Source: Lama glama (lineage: Eukaryota). From it: a stretch of DNA of 64,000 bases. The translations under genes and the position numbers were made by a program. Each line of letters opens with the position of its first letter. Positions within the stretch are counted from its first letter, which is position 1. The notes beneath the pieces are model-generated. The model saw only the letters and a list, made by a program, of their open reading frames with translations. It was not told the origin of the DNA and did not search any database. Below, one piece after another: positions 14,033 to 28,265 of the stretch. The stretch spans positions 60,390,001 to 60,454,000 of the forward strand of contig CM052817.1 in the NCBI GenBank assembly GCA_028534125.1, in the 5' to 3' direction.

Positions 14033-14824
14033 TGAAAAACCAAGCCCAGGACAAGGAAGGTAATTTAGAAAAGAAAATAAATGGAAAAACATTAGACAGT
14101 ATGGATGGCTCAACGGAAATTATAAACAGGCAGAATAAATAGTTCTTAAGGGCAAGATTTTTGGATAGAGATAAACCTGATATGATTCTACTCCCATGAG
14201 AGAGGAGAACAAATCTAACAGGCTGAGATGACTAAGAATTGCAGCACTAAGTAGTGGCATGAGAAAAGTCTCTAAGCTTTATTATAAAACAAATTAAACT
14301 CAGAATGTAACAAGTCTTATTCTTGAGAATAATGCTTTAAATACAGCTGAGATGATCACAAAATATGCAGTTTAAAAAAAAATTAGGAACAAAACTGGAA
14401 CCTTTAAAAATGTATGCTTCTCTGATTTTGCCCTCCCTAAATTAGTTTAGAAATAAGGTTAGAGAGAAGTCAGATTTTATGATACTCTATGTTGACTTTA
14501 ATAATGTCAAAAGGATTGTAGGGGAAAAAATATTGGTTATCCTTGATTAAGGAATCTAGCTTTGGGAGCAAAGTGATGAAAAACTGCTTTATTTTTCCCA
14601 TTAAGTTTTCAGTTTTAGTTCTAGAAAAACACTTAGACAGAAAAGACTGAGTGACTTTTGTTTCCATTGTCAGAACACAAAGACTTAAATGACAGAGTAA
14701 ACTGAGGTAGCTTTGACTGCTGTGCTCTAATTCACATGCACCTCCGATGATGATGTGTTCGGGGAAGTAACTTATCTGGAAAGCAGATGTAGAGCTTTTT
14801 TCCTAGGGAGGCAAAATGACACGC

Positions 14825-15020
14825 ATTTAGAGTATAGGCAGTGCCATCTCACACACCAGCGTTCAAATCCTTGCTTAGCAGAAGACCTGGACAAGTTTCT
14901 TCAACTTCTCTGAAGGCTGTTTCTTCCTCATGTAATTGTTGGGATGGTTAAATGAAGTAGTTCCCAAAAAGGGCTTCACACAGTGCCTGATGCACAGCAA
15001 GTACGAAGAACAATAACCCA
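14825..15020 (+). mobile_element. MIR SINE
   Basis: gttcaaatcc...gacctggacaagtttcttcaacttctctga...cacacagtgcctgatgcacagcaagta. Confidence 0.7.
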
Positions 15021-16107
15021 TTTTGTTTTTGCTATTTTTAGAATTATCTGCAAAGATACTGGTCATGCAGATCTGCATCAACTGTTAGTCCTAGGGCTTG
15101 ACCACTTATTACAGTCAGAGGAGTCAGGGAGAAAAAGGAGAGGGCCACAGTTAGTAGGTTGTAGTCTTCTATAAATTCTTACTGCAAGGAGAAGGCAAGA
15201 CCAAGAGCAGAGGAAGAAGCACTGAATATAGTCAATGAGAAGCTTTTTAAGTAGAGTGAGGGACCACTGAGGCTATAATAAATGAATCTAAGACCTAGAG
15301 GAGAAGAGATTCTGGAATCTTATTCATCATTTACCTCTCCCCACTTTTCTCTTGGGTGTCTTACAGCAGTGAAACTGGGGAAGTGACAAAGAAGGAACTG
15401 TTGATGGCAGAGAAACAGAACTGGGAAATGTGGTGTGCCTGTTAAATGATTTCCAAGAGAACTTACCTTAAGAGCACTGCCCCAGTGGAAAAGGTGTGAA
15501 GCAGATTCTTGTAGTTTTGTGCAGACCCCTCTCTCTTGGTTTCTGCTCTTTCCTCTCAGAGCTGAGACCTATTAACTAATGATAGTAGCCGAATATGAAT
15601 GAGTATTCCACAATTAAATGACCTTCTTTAATTAAAAAATAATGTGTTGATAGGAGGCAGTTGTTAAAACTTGAATTGCTAGATACTCAAAACTACCTAT
15701 TAGAACCACAAACAGGACGCAGAACCTTAAATACTAAAAATTAGGGGACTATCATTTACATTTCCTCAACCAATATTGCATTGAATGTCTGTACTGTTAT
15801 AATACTAGGAGTGGAGGATACCAGCAAAGTAAAGGTGATTTTATCTTAAAGTGCTAAAACATATGGTATAGGCAATTACAAAATAGGATAGTATGCAGTA
15901 AAATGCTAACTGTATCTTTTAGGTGAAAAGAGGAAATGAAAGGTGAGTGAGATGCATACAGGCTACTTTCTTCATGACTGTCTACGCTGAAGGAGAGAGA
16001 ATTGGAGTTGGGCTTTAAACACTAACATAGATGAATAAAGATAGACAGAAAAATTATAGTGGAGTGGGATTTGTTAGCTAAACATTTTAATGCCAATCTG
16101 TTGCTTC

Positions 16108-16991
16108 TTTTTTAAACTTTTTGTTTTTTACTTACTCAGTTTTTATTAAGGTATAGTTGATTTATAATATTGTATTAATTTCAGATGTACAATATCTGAA
16201 ACATATTGATTCACATTTTTTAAAGGTTATGTTCCACTTATAGTTATCATAAAATATTAGCTATTTTCCCTGTGCTGTATAATACATCCTTTTGGCTTAT
16301 TTGTTTTATACATAATAGTTTGTACCTCTTAATCCCTTACCCCTATTCAGTATCTTCTCCCTTCCTTCTCCCCAGTGGTAACTACTAACTTGTTCTCTGT
16401 ATCTATGAGTCTGTTCTGCTTTATTATACGTATTCTTTTGCTTTATTTTTGAGATTCTGAGTATAAATGATATCATATAGTATTTGTCTTTCTCTGACTT
16501 ATCTCACTAAGCATAATACTTTCCCAGTCCATCCATGTTATTGAAGATGGTGAAATTTCATTCTTTTTTATGACTAAGTAGCTTTCTACTGTGTATTACA
16601 CACATACATACACACCACATCTTCTTTATCCATTTATCTGTTGATGGACACTTAGGTTGCTTTCATATCTTGGCTGTTGTAAATAATGCTGCCATGAACA
16701 TTGGGTTGCATATATATTTTCAAACTAATGTTTTTGCTTTCTTCAGAAATATACACAGTTCTATTTTTAGTTTTTTGAGGAACCTCTACTGTTTTCCATA
16801 GTAGCTACACCAATTTACATTCCCACCAACAATATACGAGGGTTCCTTTTTCTTCACATCCTTGCCAACATTTGTTATTTGTGATCTCTTTGATGATAGC
16901 TGTTTTGATAGGTGTGCGGTGGTATCTCATTGCAGTATTGATTTGCATTTCTCTGATGATTAATGATGCAGACACATGAAAAGATGCTCAA
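16108..16991 (-). mobile_element. 5'-truncated L1 (ORF2 C-terminus plus 3'UTR) with a 23-nt 5' inversion
   Basis: T-rich tail followed by ttattaaggtatagttgattta...ttttttgaggaacctc...caccaatttacattcccaccaac. Segment 16969-16991 is in the opposite orientation. Confidence 0.9.
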
Positions 16992-17008
16992 TCTACTGTG
17001 TTTCTTAT

Positions 17009-17614
17009 GCTGCAGACTCTGGAAGGCTAACAAAACACCATACCCCCAGACTTCTAAGCTAAGGTGGGAGGAAGGAATTAAAGCACCTGGTTTGCTATCC
17101 TTTCACTCCCTTCACTAGAATACACCTTGGGGAAAGAAAAGGCAAGTAACCAGGTGTACCCTGCCAACTCTGCCTCCAGGTAAGGGTATGTGCTGGGAAC
17201 AACAGGAAAAATCCTTCCCTCTGAAATGCTCTCAGCATGATGTCCTGGCTAAGGATCCTCTACTTCTAACTGCATCTGTATGGCCTGGCAATCTGCAAAG
17301 AATAGAACTTTCTGGGGTATAAAAAGAAGATAAGTTTCAGAACTTAAACATTCACTGCAGGATGTGGACCCCTGCAGGCCTTTACTCATCTTTCTTACCT
17401 TATCTGTTCTGGCCAGAGGCGCTTGTCTGACACGGGGAGCCGCTCTTGGTGTTCAATTCTCGCCCTGCTTGGTCTGAGGCATTTCATTGCCTGTATCCTT
17501 AAAATTATTACCAGTTTACTATTGAGTACTGTCTCTGATTCATGTGGGTCTGATTTGGCAGTCCAATTCAGTGTATTAACTAATAGAGTGTTAGATAAGT
17601 TGGATTCCACTAAA
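17009..17614 (+). mobile_element. Possible ancient ERV LTR
   Basis: Relatively GC-rich block bounded by tg...ca, with a TATA-like tataaaaa near 17318; family not recognised. Confidence 0.35.
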
Positions 17615-18289
17615 CAGATGCTCTTTTATGAGACTTGAATTTGGAATTCAGATAAATTGAGAGAGGGGCAGAGCTTTGACAACATCCATTCACCACTGCG
17701 AATAATACGAGCAAAGTGTGTGTATGTGTGTGCGTGGTAGGGGCATAAATCATGGATGCATTTCATAAGAGGCACAATAAAATTAGAGCAAGAAGAGAAA
17801 ATAACATTAAGAAGGGGATGTAAAGTTTGCCTGAAGTCTAACTTTTTCTGAGACACAGCCAGCAATTATTGTTTTTCATTACTTTAAATGAAATTCTATG
17901 ATATACTTGAATTGTTTCAATGACAAAGATTCATACTTTAGAATCACCTGATTCCTCTTTTGATTGCTGTAATTATTAAACAGTTATATTGATATAAATC
18001 TGTCTCCAAACAGATTCCATCCTTCAGCCCACTCCTTGATGCTACTTTTGTTTCGATGTAGGGTGTTTTAAGACAGCCATCAAATCCATCTGTGCCCGCT
18101 GGTCTCTTGGGTTTTGTTTTTTCAAGTTTGTCTGTCATTCTTCATGACATTGTTTGAAGTCCATTTTCCATCCTGAGCGCTCTTCTCTGAATGTGTTCAC
18201 TGTAATGTAGGCTCCTCTTTTGAAAATAGATCCAGGTTTTTCTGCAACAATACCATCACCAACAGTAGAAATGGAAGTGAAGGGAATAA

Positions 18290-18720
18290 ACAAGAGAGAC
18301 AGAGGAAAAGCCTATAGGTTAAAACAGAGTTTTAAAAATCTAACACATAACAAAGCACACACATTATTTGAATACTGATTCAAACAGATGAGCTGCAAAA
18401 GTTAATTTATGTGAGTTATGAGTTACCTGAAAATTTGATGATTGAAGGAATTATTAACTATAGGTATGATTTTGATATCAGGATTATGTTTTAAAACATA
18501 ATTATATTTTGGAAATGCCTTCTGAAAAATTTATGGATGAAACATGATGATGTCTGGGATTTGTTTCAAAGTATTTCATGGTGGTGAGTGCAGGAGTTAT
18601 ATTCACATAGTCGAGATAGCCATGAGCAGATATTTGGTGAAGCTGCATGAGAAATACATGGATACTTAGTTAATATTCAGGTAACTTTTGTCAATATTTG
18701 AAATTCACCATTCCGAAAAG
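18290..18720 (+). mobile_element. Old L1 (L1MC/L1ME) 3' UTR
   Basis: atttatggatgaaacatgatgatgtctgggatttgtttcaaagta...ttggtgaagctg...atttgaaattcacc. Confidence 0.75.
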
Positions 18721-21079
18721 CATCATTCAGAAGTTTGGGATTAAATTAAGTTTCATAAGAACCGTTTTCTTGAGTCAATTTTATTATTATTAGCCATGCC
18801 TTACTTCAAGAAACCATCCCATGAACGTATGTGTGTGTAATTAGCCAGCCAAGAGAGTGAACAGACAAATAGAGAAGCAAAAAAGTAATCACTACCCGCA
18901 GGATGTGCTATTGATGATGAGTCATGGAATTCAGAAGTTAATTTATTTACACAATAATACATTACAAACATCTCTTTTAAAAATTAATCTAAAAAATGGC
19001 AATTAGAGTGACTCTATTTTACTAGTTCTTTGCTATTTGCAAAGAAAAATAGATTCTTCAGCTTAAACTTAGGATCTTACAGAGAAAGTGGGAAAGAAGG
19101 AGAGAAATATATGACTTGATATACTCATCTTTTAAGAAGTCAGATTTTATGTAAATGCTCTTACAAGTATGATCACCAGGGCTATTTCTTAAATCAACAC
19201 ATTTTATGGTATGAAATGTGGTCTGTTGTACCCTGTGAAAGCTGCTTTCATTTGGCTCTGAGTAAAAGGACTCTGGAGGGTAACAATTATGAAAATAAAA
19301 AGCCCATATTATTTCATTTATCTTTTTAGTTCTAGGTCACTTTTCCAAGAACAAAAACATAGTATCGCTTAAATACTCCTGCAGATGACGGTCAGACCAT
19401 TCAGTGGCCGCAAGTACTATTTTCTGCAAAATACCCAAGTCAATACAAAGAACATGTATTCATTCTTTTCAGGTTATACGGTTTTCTCAAGTGGCTTTCT
19501 TCATTACAAGGAAAAATACACACAGACACACACAGAGTCCTAAAATTTACTAAGTCTGTAAAAAATGTAGAAAAGATTTATTGTCTGCTTTCTGAGCCAC
19601 TAACCAGAAATATATGTCTTTATTGTAATTTCACCCCCAGTTGAAATATGTCAATTATTTTGAAAAATGTTTCTAATACCTATATTCCTCTGAAATGCAT
19701 GTAAAGATAACTATATACAACTTAAGAATTGGACAAATGGACTCATAAATATGATATTCACAGTCTTACCAAGATTTTTAGTGTCAAGTGACTTCCTCAT
19801 TTTCTTGTTTAAATAACAAATTCACTTCAGTATTTTCAATATTAATTACTTTATATTTTCTCAGAAAGAATCAGATACAGGCAAATGCTAAATTTAGGAA
19901 TATTATAGACAATAGCACTCTTAAAATGTAATGTTATTTCAAGTGATAAAATTTTTCAATAGACTTTTAAGTAACTAATATAATTTTTCAATAATTTATG
20001 CCACAAAAACATTTTATCAGTGTGTGTATATATATATATAAAACTTGTATTTATCAGTGTATATGTATAACAATTATTCATATATTAAAGAGCAAGCATC
20101 ATTTAAAGCATCTGGTATATCACAGAAGCAGAGAAGAGTTATTTTTCAGTGGTTGGATGTGTAGTCAATACATTACAAGATTTAGGTTGATAAAACCTTT
20201 TATATGCTAAAAGCTGAGTGTGCCTGCTTGTGCCTAATAGTTTATTGTAGCTTGAGCTTATACATTTTCAAAGGAAAAATGGATTTTGTTACTCTACATC
20301 TACAGGCAAAAATTTCAGCCAAGTATAATCACAGGGATCAAGGAAAAAAATCCAGTCAAGTCTGTCCCTGAGCTATCTGTAACAATTCTCATGGAAGGAC
20401 TCAAATGATTTTGAATGGTTTTTGTAAATGCATAATATCTCACCATATTTAAATGTGTTTAAATCTGTATACTGTAACATAGATTTAACTTGAAAAGGAA
20501 AACAGTAAATTTCTATTACTTTATTTTAAATATTATATGTAATGGAGTATCATATGTATGGAAGCCAGTTTTACTTCTTGGCACTTTTCAACTACTTTTA
20601 AATATTATACCTTACAAATTCATGGTTTTTAAAAGTTTAGAGTTTTTAACATGTATTATCTAGTTTAATCCTAGATGGGAACCTTGTATGTTTATCTGCA
20701 ATAATTTGACTTAAAGGAAAGAAAGCCTCACATAACCTACTTATTTATTATCATGAATCATGGAATCCAATTGCAAGAATGTCAGTGAGATCACTGGTCA
20801 TCGGGTGTTCCTCTGGGTTTGGGTTCGCATCATACCTCTGTATCTGTTTCATTCTTTTTTCTGTTGGTACATAAGTACATAAGTGTCCCTATAAGACACT
20901 TCATTCCTGCTTCACCATAATACCAATTTTATTTTAGTTTTCTGTTTTGGTGGCACTGATTGTGACCCAAAATCTCTATGTCAAACTCTGGTGTCAACTA
21001 GGACCTGTGTCTGTGTCATAAATCCAGTGCCCAGAAGAGTCTGATTGGCTCAGCTTTTGGCAATTATTTTCAGCTTGCA

Positions 21080-22032
21080 TTGCACCTCTGAAATTAGTCT
21101 TAGATATTTAATTGACCATTGCATACCTCCACTTTGATGTCTAATAGGCTTTAAAATGTAAAATGTCCAAAAATCAAGTGTCTGATTTTCCTTGGGGTCA
21201 TGTTTGATTCATCTCTGTTCTTGATATGTCTTTATGATGGCCATCTCCGACAGTCTTCTTCATGTATGCCCTTATCCAGTCCAATAACAAATCCACTTAG
21301 CTTTACTTCCCAATACCATCTAGAATGTGATGACTGATCAGTCCTTCAGTCACTATCATCCAAGTCAAACCACCATGTTTTCTTGCCTGGATTATTCATC
21401 TCTGCATTTGCCCATGCTCCCTATAGTCTTTTCTCAGTACAGAAAGTAGAATCATCTTTTAAAAAGTTAAGTTAGATCATTTCATTTCTCTAGTCAGGTT
21501 TCCTATCTAACTTCTATTAAAATCAAAATTTATTTACAACATTCTAGAACGTTCTGTATTATCTGTACCCCAGCCATTACACTCTGATCATAAAAGATTT
21601 ACTCTTTTATCTTGTTTACTTGGCTCCAGCGACACTAACTTTGAGCTGTTCTTCATACGAGAGAATGTTGGGTACATTCTCAACTGTGTGGTTCTTCCTC
21701 CTGACTTACATGTTCTTCCTGGATTCATCTGTGTGCCTCACTCTCTTGTTTCCTCCAAGTCTTTGCTTAAATGTCATCTTCTCAGGGAGGACTTTCCCGA
21801 CCACTACATTTATAATTACAGTTTCTCTGCCAAATTTTCTAAGCTTGCTCTGTGATTAAAATTTCTCCATAGCACTTATCTTCATGTGGATATTGTATAT
21901 ATTTTTCTATGTGTTAATTTTATCTATCTTCTGAACATCTCACTAGAACGTAAGCTCTGTGAACACATTTTATTTTTTTTTTGCCAGTTGTGTTCTAAAA
22001 CACTGCCTGGTAAATAAATATTTGTTGAAAGA
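21080..22032 (+). mobile_element. L2 (L2a-like) 3' ~950 nt
   Basis: cctccactttgatgtctaatagg...ttcttgcctggattatt...cactagaacgtaagctc...aataaatattttgttgaa. Confidence 0.8.
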
Positions 22033-23788
22033 TTATACTTTTCACCTCAGATCAAATCAATCAAGGCCTATCTGAAGGGAGGCTTAGGTAAGAGCAGGTT
22101 TACAATGATGGGGTGTCAGGGCAGAAGAAAATAATTAGTATGTTTCATACAGGCATATATTGTCACCTAATTCCAAAATAAAAGAAGCAGTGCTCAGTAC
22201 CACCCAGTGACTTGCTCAGGGTTATATAACTAATAGTAGTAGAAAGGGATTTGAAATTATGTGCTGCACAATCTGGCTCATAGCTTTCAGTGGTGACATA
22301 GCCATAGTTTCACATGACCTGAGGTGTGTTAGGAAAGAGTTCTGTGTTATCTCATTTACATAGTTCTGAAATTGAATTGTAATTGGAAAATTACTAGATT
22401 CTCATTTAATTATGTCTTGGTGACTTACCTCCCAGCAGAGTATTTAAGGTCATATGCATTGTCTGACTACTTAGTGACACTATTAATACACATTTGGGTC
22501 AAAGTGAGCTGAAATATCTCTTCATGACCTTAGGTCAGTAGTTTTTCTCTTCAGTTTAGAAATTCAAAAAACATATACCATAAGAGCTTTTCAACTTAAA
22601 TTCTCCTGAAGTTTAACTTACAGCTACCATGCTTTTAAACTCTGTGGTATTCACAGGGCCTATTTAATATCTGGTGCTCTCTTCCCATTGATACTGATAG
22701 GGTGAGGCTGGGAACATTTACCATAGGAGACATCTCTGATGAAAGTAATGAGTTACTTCTGGAAAAATATATCTAATAAAAAACATAAATGAACTCATAG
22801 ACTTGTGAATGGATTAATCGCAAAATAAATTTTAAAGAAGGTTTGTAGCTATACTGCAGAAAGCAGACTGACACTTACAAGAAACTAAGGTAAGATAAAA
22901 GGAAACTTTAATTGCAGCAGGACCAAATGAGTCCCAGAAGAATTAATTCAGATGGCTAAAGTTTAGGGGAAATAAAGTTTAGGGAAAATTAGATTGAATA
23001 TTTGAATTATATCTTAAAAAATATATTACTTTATGCTCATTTTTTTCAGTTCAGTGATTTACTACTGCTCTGCCAAATTTCTTGTAAGAAACATCACTAG
23101 TTATAAATGAGGCATATTTCATGCAGAAAGTATTATTTTTCTATTCTTAAGAACATATTTTATATCAATGGCTCTATCAAAAAGATAGAAGGAAAATTGT
23201 ATTACCCTAAAAATTAAGGCATAATTTTCTTATAAACATATGGATATGTATGCTGGTTAGAACCATTGATGTTCTTGATGTCTTTAGGAAACTACTTATT
23301 AAATTAATCCTGTGGATTTCCTTTTTCCAGATTTCAAGGTCAGATTCAAGAGAAGCTTGTCGATTTATATTACGGTGAAAAAAAAAAGCCTCTTCTCTTA
23401 TTTTTAAGCACATACTGTGTGTGTGGAACTGAGGACTTGTTATAGAGCATTTTGGGGACAATAGTAGTATATTAAAAGCTGGGGAGTCTTTATCTTCTTT
23501 CTTAAGAGTTGAAATTTAATTTCCCAGCTCATTTTATCTATATTTACCTCCTTCCCTCCAACCCAGGAAAAACGGAAGGAAGGAAAGAAGGAAGACAAAA
23601 AAATGGCAATCAAGAAAGGCAGACCCCAAGCTTACTACAGCCTTTAAACTGAGAAGTTTAGAACGGATGATAAAATATAGAGCAACATGTTAGTATCTTA
23701 CATAAAAAACCACAACCAACCTATCATCGTACATTCACTTATATAAAATTGGCCTTATTCAACTTACTCTAGAACTTCTGAATAAAAA

Positions 23789-24860
23789 TTTTATGTTGAA
23801 GTAATTGTATATTCACATGTAGTTGTAAGAAATAATTCAGAGTAATCTAGTATACCCTTCACCCTGTTTCCCCCAGTAGTGACATCTTGCATAACTATAG
23901 TAAAATATTACAACTAAAAAAATGACATTGATACAATCTATCAACCTTATTCAGATTTCACCAGTTTTACATACACTAATTGTGTGTGCGTCTTTGTATA
24001 TTTATTTAATCAGTGCATTTATTACATGCATAGATTAATATGACCACCACGGAGAGAGAACAGTTCCATCAGAAGGATACTTTGTGCCACTCTATTATCA
24101 CCCTCCCTCACACTACCCTAACTCCTGGAAACCACTAATGTTGTCCATCTCTGTAATTTTATCACTTCAATAATAATATATAAATGGAATCATACAGTAT
24201 GTGATCTTTTGAGATTGGCTATTTCTGTATTCAGTATAATTCTCTGAAGATCCATCCAAGTTGTTCTGTGGTCGAGTAGAATCCATGGTGCTATGGACTG
24301 AATTGTCCTCCACAAAATTCGTATGTTGAAGCTCACCAAAGTGACTGTATCTGGAAATATGGTCTTTCTGAGACAGTTAAGGTTAAATTAGGTTGTAAGG
24401 ATCAGGCTCTGATTCAGTAGGTCTGTGGCCTTATAAGAAGGGGAGGGGACAGAGTGATCTCTCATTTTCTCTCTGCCATGAGAGGATATAGTGAGAAATC
24501 AGCCAGGAAGAGCTCTTCCCAGAACCTAGCCATGTTCCCACCCTGATCTCAGCCTCCAGAATTGAGAGAAAATAATTTCTGTTGTTTGTAAGGCACCCAG
24601 TCTATAGTATTTTGTCACAGCAGCCCAAGCTGGCTAATACACACAATATGGATGTATCAGTTTATTTAATCCAGGACCTCTGATTGCTTCCAGTTTGGGG
24701 CTATTGAGAATAAAACTGCTATAAACATTTATATACAGGTTTTTGTGTGACATAAGTCTTATTTAGACATTCTGATAGCTGTAGAGTGGTATCTTACTGT
24801 GGTTTAAATTTACATTTCCCTAATGGCTAGTGATACTGAACATCTTTTCATGTGGGCCTT
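23789..24860 (-). mobile_element. L1MC-like 3' fragment interrupted by an MLT1A LTR
   Basis: ttcacatgtagttgtaagaaataat...gacatcttgcataactatagta, resuming after 24646 with ttccagtttggggctatt...gaacatcttttcatgtg. Confidence 0.8.
24289..24641 (+). mobile_element. MaLR solo LTR (MLT1A-like)
   Basis: tgctatggactgaattgt...cagcctccagaattgagagaaaataatttctgttgttt...gcagcccaagctggctaataca; degenerate 5-bp TSD catgg/cacaa. Confidence 0.85.
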
Positions 24861-26174
24861 ACTAGATTTTTTAAAACTATATTGAGCTATATTTTTAAAG
24901 TCTTGCAGACTTTTTTTTTCAAAGACATACACTCAACACCAAAAAGTTTGATCAAGGGGTTTATGTTATAGGGGAAAACGTTTTTGCTCCTTAAAGCTCA
25001 ATTTTTATACATAAAATTTCATGAAATTAAAATCTAGATTGTTTTAGGCTCAAAGAAAATAGAATAGATAACTCGAAACTGTGACTGTCACTAATCATTC
25101 TTATTTGCTTTTGAAGTCACTTTTTATATGTTTTTGGAAATATGTTATCAATGTAACAATTTAAATGAAGCATTGCCATTTTGTAAAGTCTTCTTTAGGA
25201 GGTGGGAAGCTGCCCCAGCCCCTCCTCTAATCCTGCAAAAACAAAAGGCTTTTTAGGCTGACACTCAGCATCTGCATTAGGAATGTTCCTCTTTCTCAGA
25301 CAGTCCTCAGAAATTTTGAATTACAGCTTTGACTTTCAGATGTTTTCCTAGGTACCTGAAAAGTAAGAGTTAATAGCAGCCATAATAATGAGTTGCGTAG
25401 AAGTAAGCTGTAATTAATTATTAAATAATTAACAATTAATAAGCAAATGAGTATTTTAAGTAGAATATGTGCTGCCAATAAGGGAAATTGATAACCACGA
25501 CCTTAATTAAAGAGAACAATCTAAACACTGTCAGTTAACTTGAAAGAAATATTTTCCAAATAAGCTGCAAATTAGATAATTAGGAATTGATAGTGATAAG
25601 AGGTTTTTCCTCACTAATCTCATTTTGTTTGCCTCCTCTTATGTTGCTAAGCCTAAAGTAAAACAATATCCAAGAGCATAAATTAAAAGAATTGAACCCC
25701 TTTAAATTTTTCGGAAATGCTAGTTTATCCTGACTTGTAAACAACGTCTCATCAAATAAAAATAAAACATGAATTTAAAATCTTCCATTTTATATTTCTG
25801 ATAGTAGCATGGAGGAATGGTATGTGTTCTATCAGTATAGACTTCTAGAGGCAGAATTAGGGCAGCGAGTCCGTTAAAGCTTCTAGTACATTTAGGGTGT
25901 AACCATAACGTATCTAACAAAATCACTGATATTTTGACAGTAACATTTCATAGAAAAACTGAGTTTTTCTGAGTATTGTTTTTGGTAATTGAGGGACAGT
26001 GGTACATGTTTTAACTATTACAGTTCCTTTTTATTGTTTGTAGACTCTCTTGGCAGAAGCGCAGTCAAATCCAGAATTCTCTATCCCATTGTAATTTTGC
26101 CTCTAAGTTTATGGGGTCTTTGAATTTGAAATATCTCATTTGTGTGTAAATTGACTAAACAATGACAACACAAA

Positions 26175-26375
26175 AATAACAAATACTTACTGATAGCCTA
26201 ACATGACCCTGGAGGCTGCTTTTAGTCCTTTTCAGTATGGTAGATTAATCCTTCAATCCTCACAACCACCTCTGAGAAACATTCTGTGGATGAAGACACT
26301 GAGGCTTAGAGTCATTGCTGAAGGTCACAGAGTAAAGATGTCAAGATCTAAACCAAAGTTTATCTGGTTCTAGAG
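26175..26375 (-). mobile_element. MIR SINE
   Basis: ttcaatcctcacaaccacctctgag...gatgaagacactgaggcttagag...aaggtcacag. Confidence 0.7.
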
Positions 26376-26904
26376 CAAAGGTGTTCCTCATTTTGTCATA
26401 TTAGGTTTTTACAGTCCTTCAGAAATAAGAATCTAAATTAAATATTAATAGAAAAGCATTCATTGAGTACTGTAGTTTCAGCATATAAATAACCTCAGGG
26501 AAAAATTAATTCTAGAGCATATTTCATCACCAACCAACAGGTACATAGAATCTGCCAAATTAAAACTAGATGGTCAAATTATTTTTCTCTTTAAGTTTTA
26601 TCATGTTATCCATTTAAAATTGTCCTTGATGCTTTATAATAAAAAAGGATTTTTTTAACCAACAACTAACTAGTAGTTTTAGCAACTGCCAACAATTTAA
26701 ATGTCCAGCTATTTGTAGTGATTTATTAATTTTTTTACAAGTAACTGCCATATCAATCTTTTACCCTTAAAGTGTATAAAAGACCATAATTTTACTTTTA
26801 AAAAAATGTTTATTTTTTAAAATACTAAATTTTCTATTCTGAAGTCATTTAACAAAAGCTATCTTCTATTGAAAAAATATAACCCTTCCTAAAAACTCTG
26901 TCCA

Positions 26905-27090
26905 TCCAAAGCTTCTATCGGAGCTCCCTCCTTGCTCACTGTCCTTCCTCCCTGTCACTTCCCTTTCAATTTTCAACCCACTGCAGTCTGGCTCCACTCC
27001 CCACTGTCCAGGCTGCCTCAGGCTTGCCATAGTCAGTGGACAGTTTAAGTCCTCATCTTGCATTCTCTGGTTCTCTAGTACTGAGGATCA
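26905..27090 (+). mobile_element. L2 ORF2-region fragment
   Basis: tcaacccactgcagtctggctccactccccac...gtcagtggacagtttaagtcctcatctt. Confidence 0.6.
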
Positions 27091-28044
27091 TTTGGTATAC
27101 TTGATATTGACATTGTTTTCCTTTTAGAAATTTCAGGATGGAAATTTATTTTAACTTCTATAGTGAAAAGAGAAGGGGAGAGAGAGAAAGGGAGTCAGAG
27201 TCAGTCCCCTGTGTGTGCGCGCATGTGTGTGCACTGAGTCATTTTGGGTAACAAATTTTAAGAAAAAGTTTTCTTCATGTTATTAACTAGTAAACACTAC
27301 CTGCCTAGAACTTTATTACATCATTTTTGATTCTTACGTTCTTATTTCTATTAAGTGTCTGTGAGGGTTTGTGGCGGTAGCCCAAAGTAACAAATATATT
27401 GATTACTGATTTCAGTACCACTGTGTGTAAGATTGCTGTCCCTTTTATTTAAACATATGTCAACTGTTTTGCTCTTTAGACATATGAAAATGAATTGGGG
27501 GAGGGGCACTATAAAACAGATCAGGGAGAAACACGATGGGTTTAGTAAAATTTAGCGCTTTAACAAGGGCTTGGGAAGTGCTAGATCTGAGCTGAAAATT
27601 CTGTTGAGGCAAATAGTGAAGAAACAAATCTTTTGTTCAGTTTTAAATCGCGGGCTTTATAACACTTTTTGAGGCATAAATCAATTTGATATTTAATTCA
27701 CAGGCACTGCTGGACAGCACAGCAATTGAAGCCAGGGTAGATGTAAGTTAAATCTAGTATTTTTTTTTCTTCATAGTAACTATATCTTTTATAGAAAGGT
27801 CAGCGATAACAGTTTCATTTTTAAACTGTAATATAGAAGATAAAAAAAAGATGAAAATCTGCAGATGTCACTTTGCTTGTTCATGCTTTGCTTCAAAGTC
27901 TTGGAGAGTGGGAAGTATTATGGCTTTTGAAAATCACTTGGATGATTTTGGACTAAAAGTGTCCAGTATATTTAAGCACCCACTGGTGAATTGTTTATCG
28001 CAAAGAAAATCATATGCAGAACTCTAGCACATGAAATAAATATA

Positions 28045-28265
28045 AAAACTAAATTCTGTTACATGCTTACAATGAGCCGGGCACTGTTCTAAGTACTTTG
28101 TACATATTATCTCTTTCAATCATCATAACAACCTAATATGGTAGAAAACTACTATGATGCCTAACTGATAGACAAGGAATTTGAAACTTAAAGGAATTAA
28201 GCTTGTAGTAACTTAACTAAGGAGTCATAGACAGTAAGTAGTAGATTTAGGTTTAATTCGGAACA
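28045..28265 (-). mobile_element. MIR SINE
   Basis: gccgggcactgttctaagtactttgtacatattatctctttcaatcatcataacaaccta. Confidence 0.75.
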
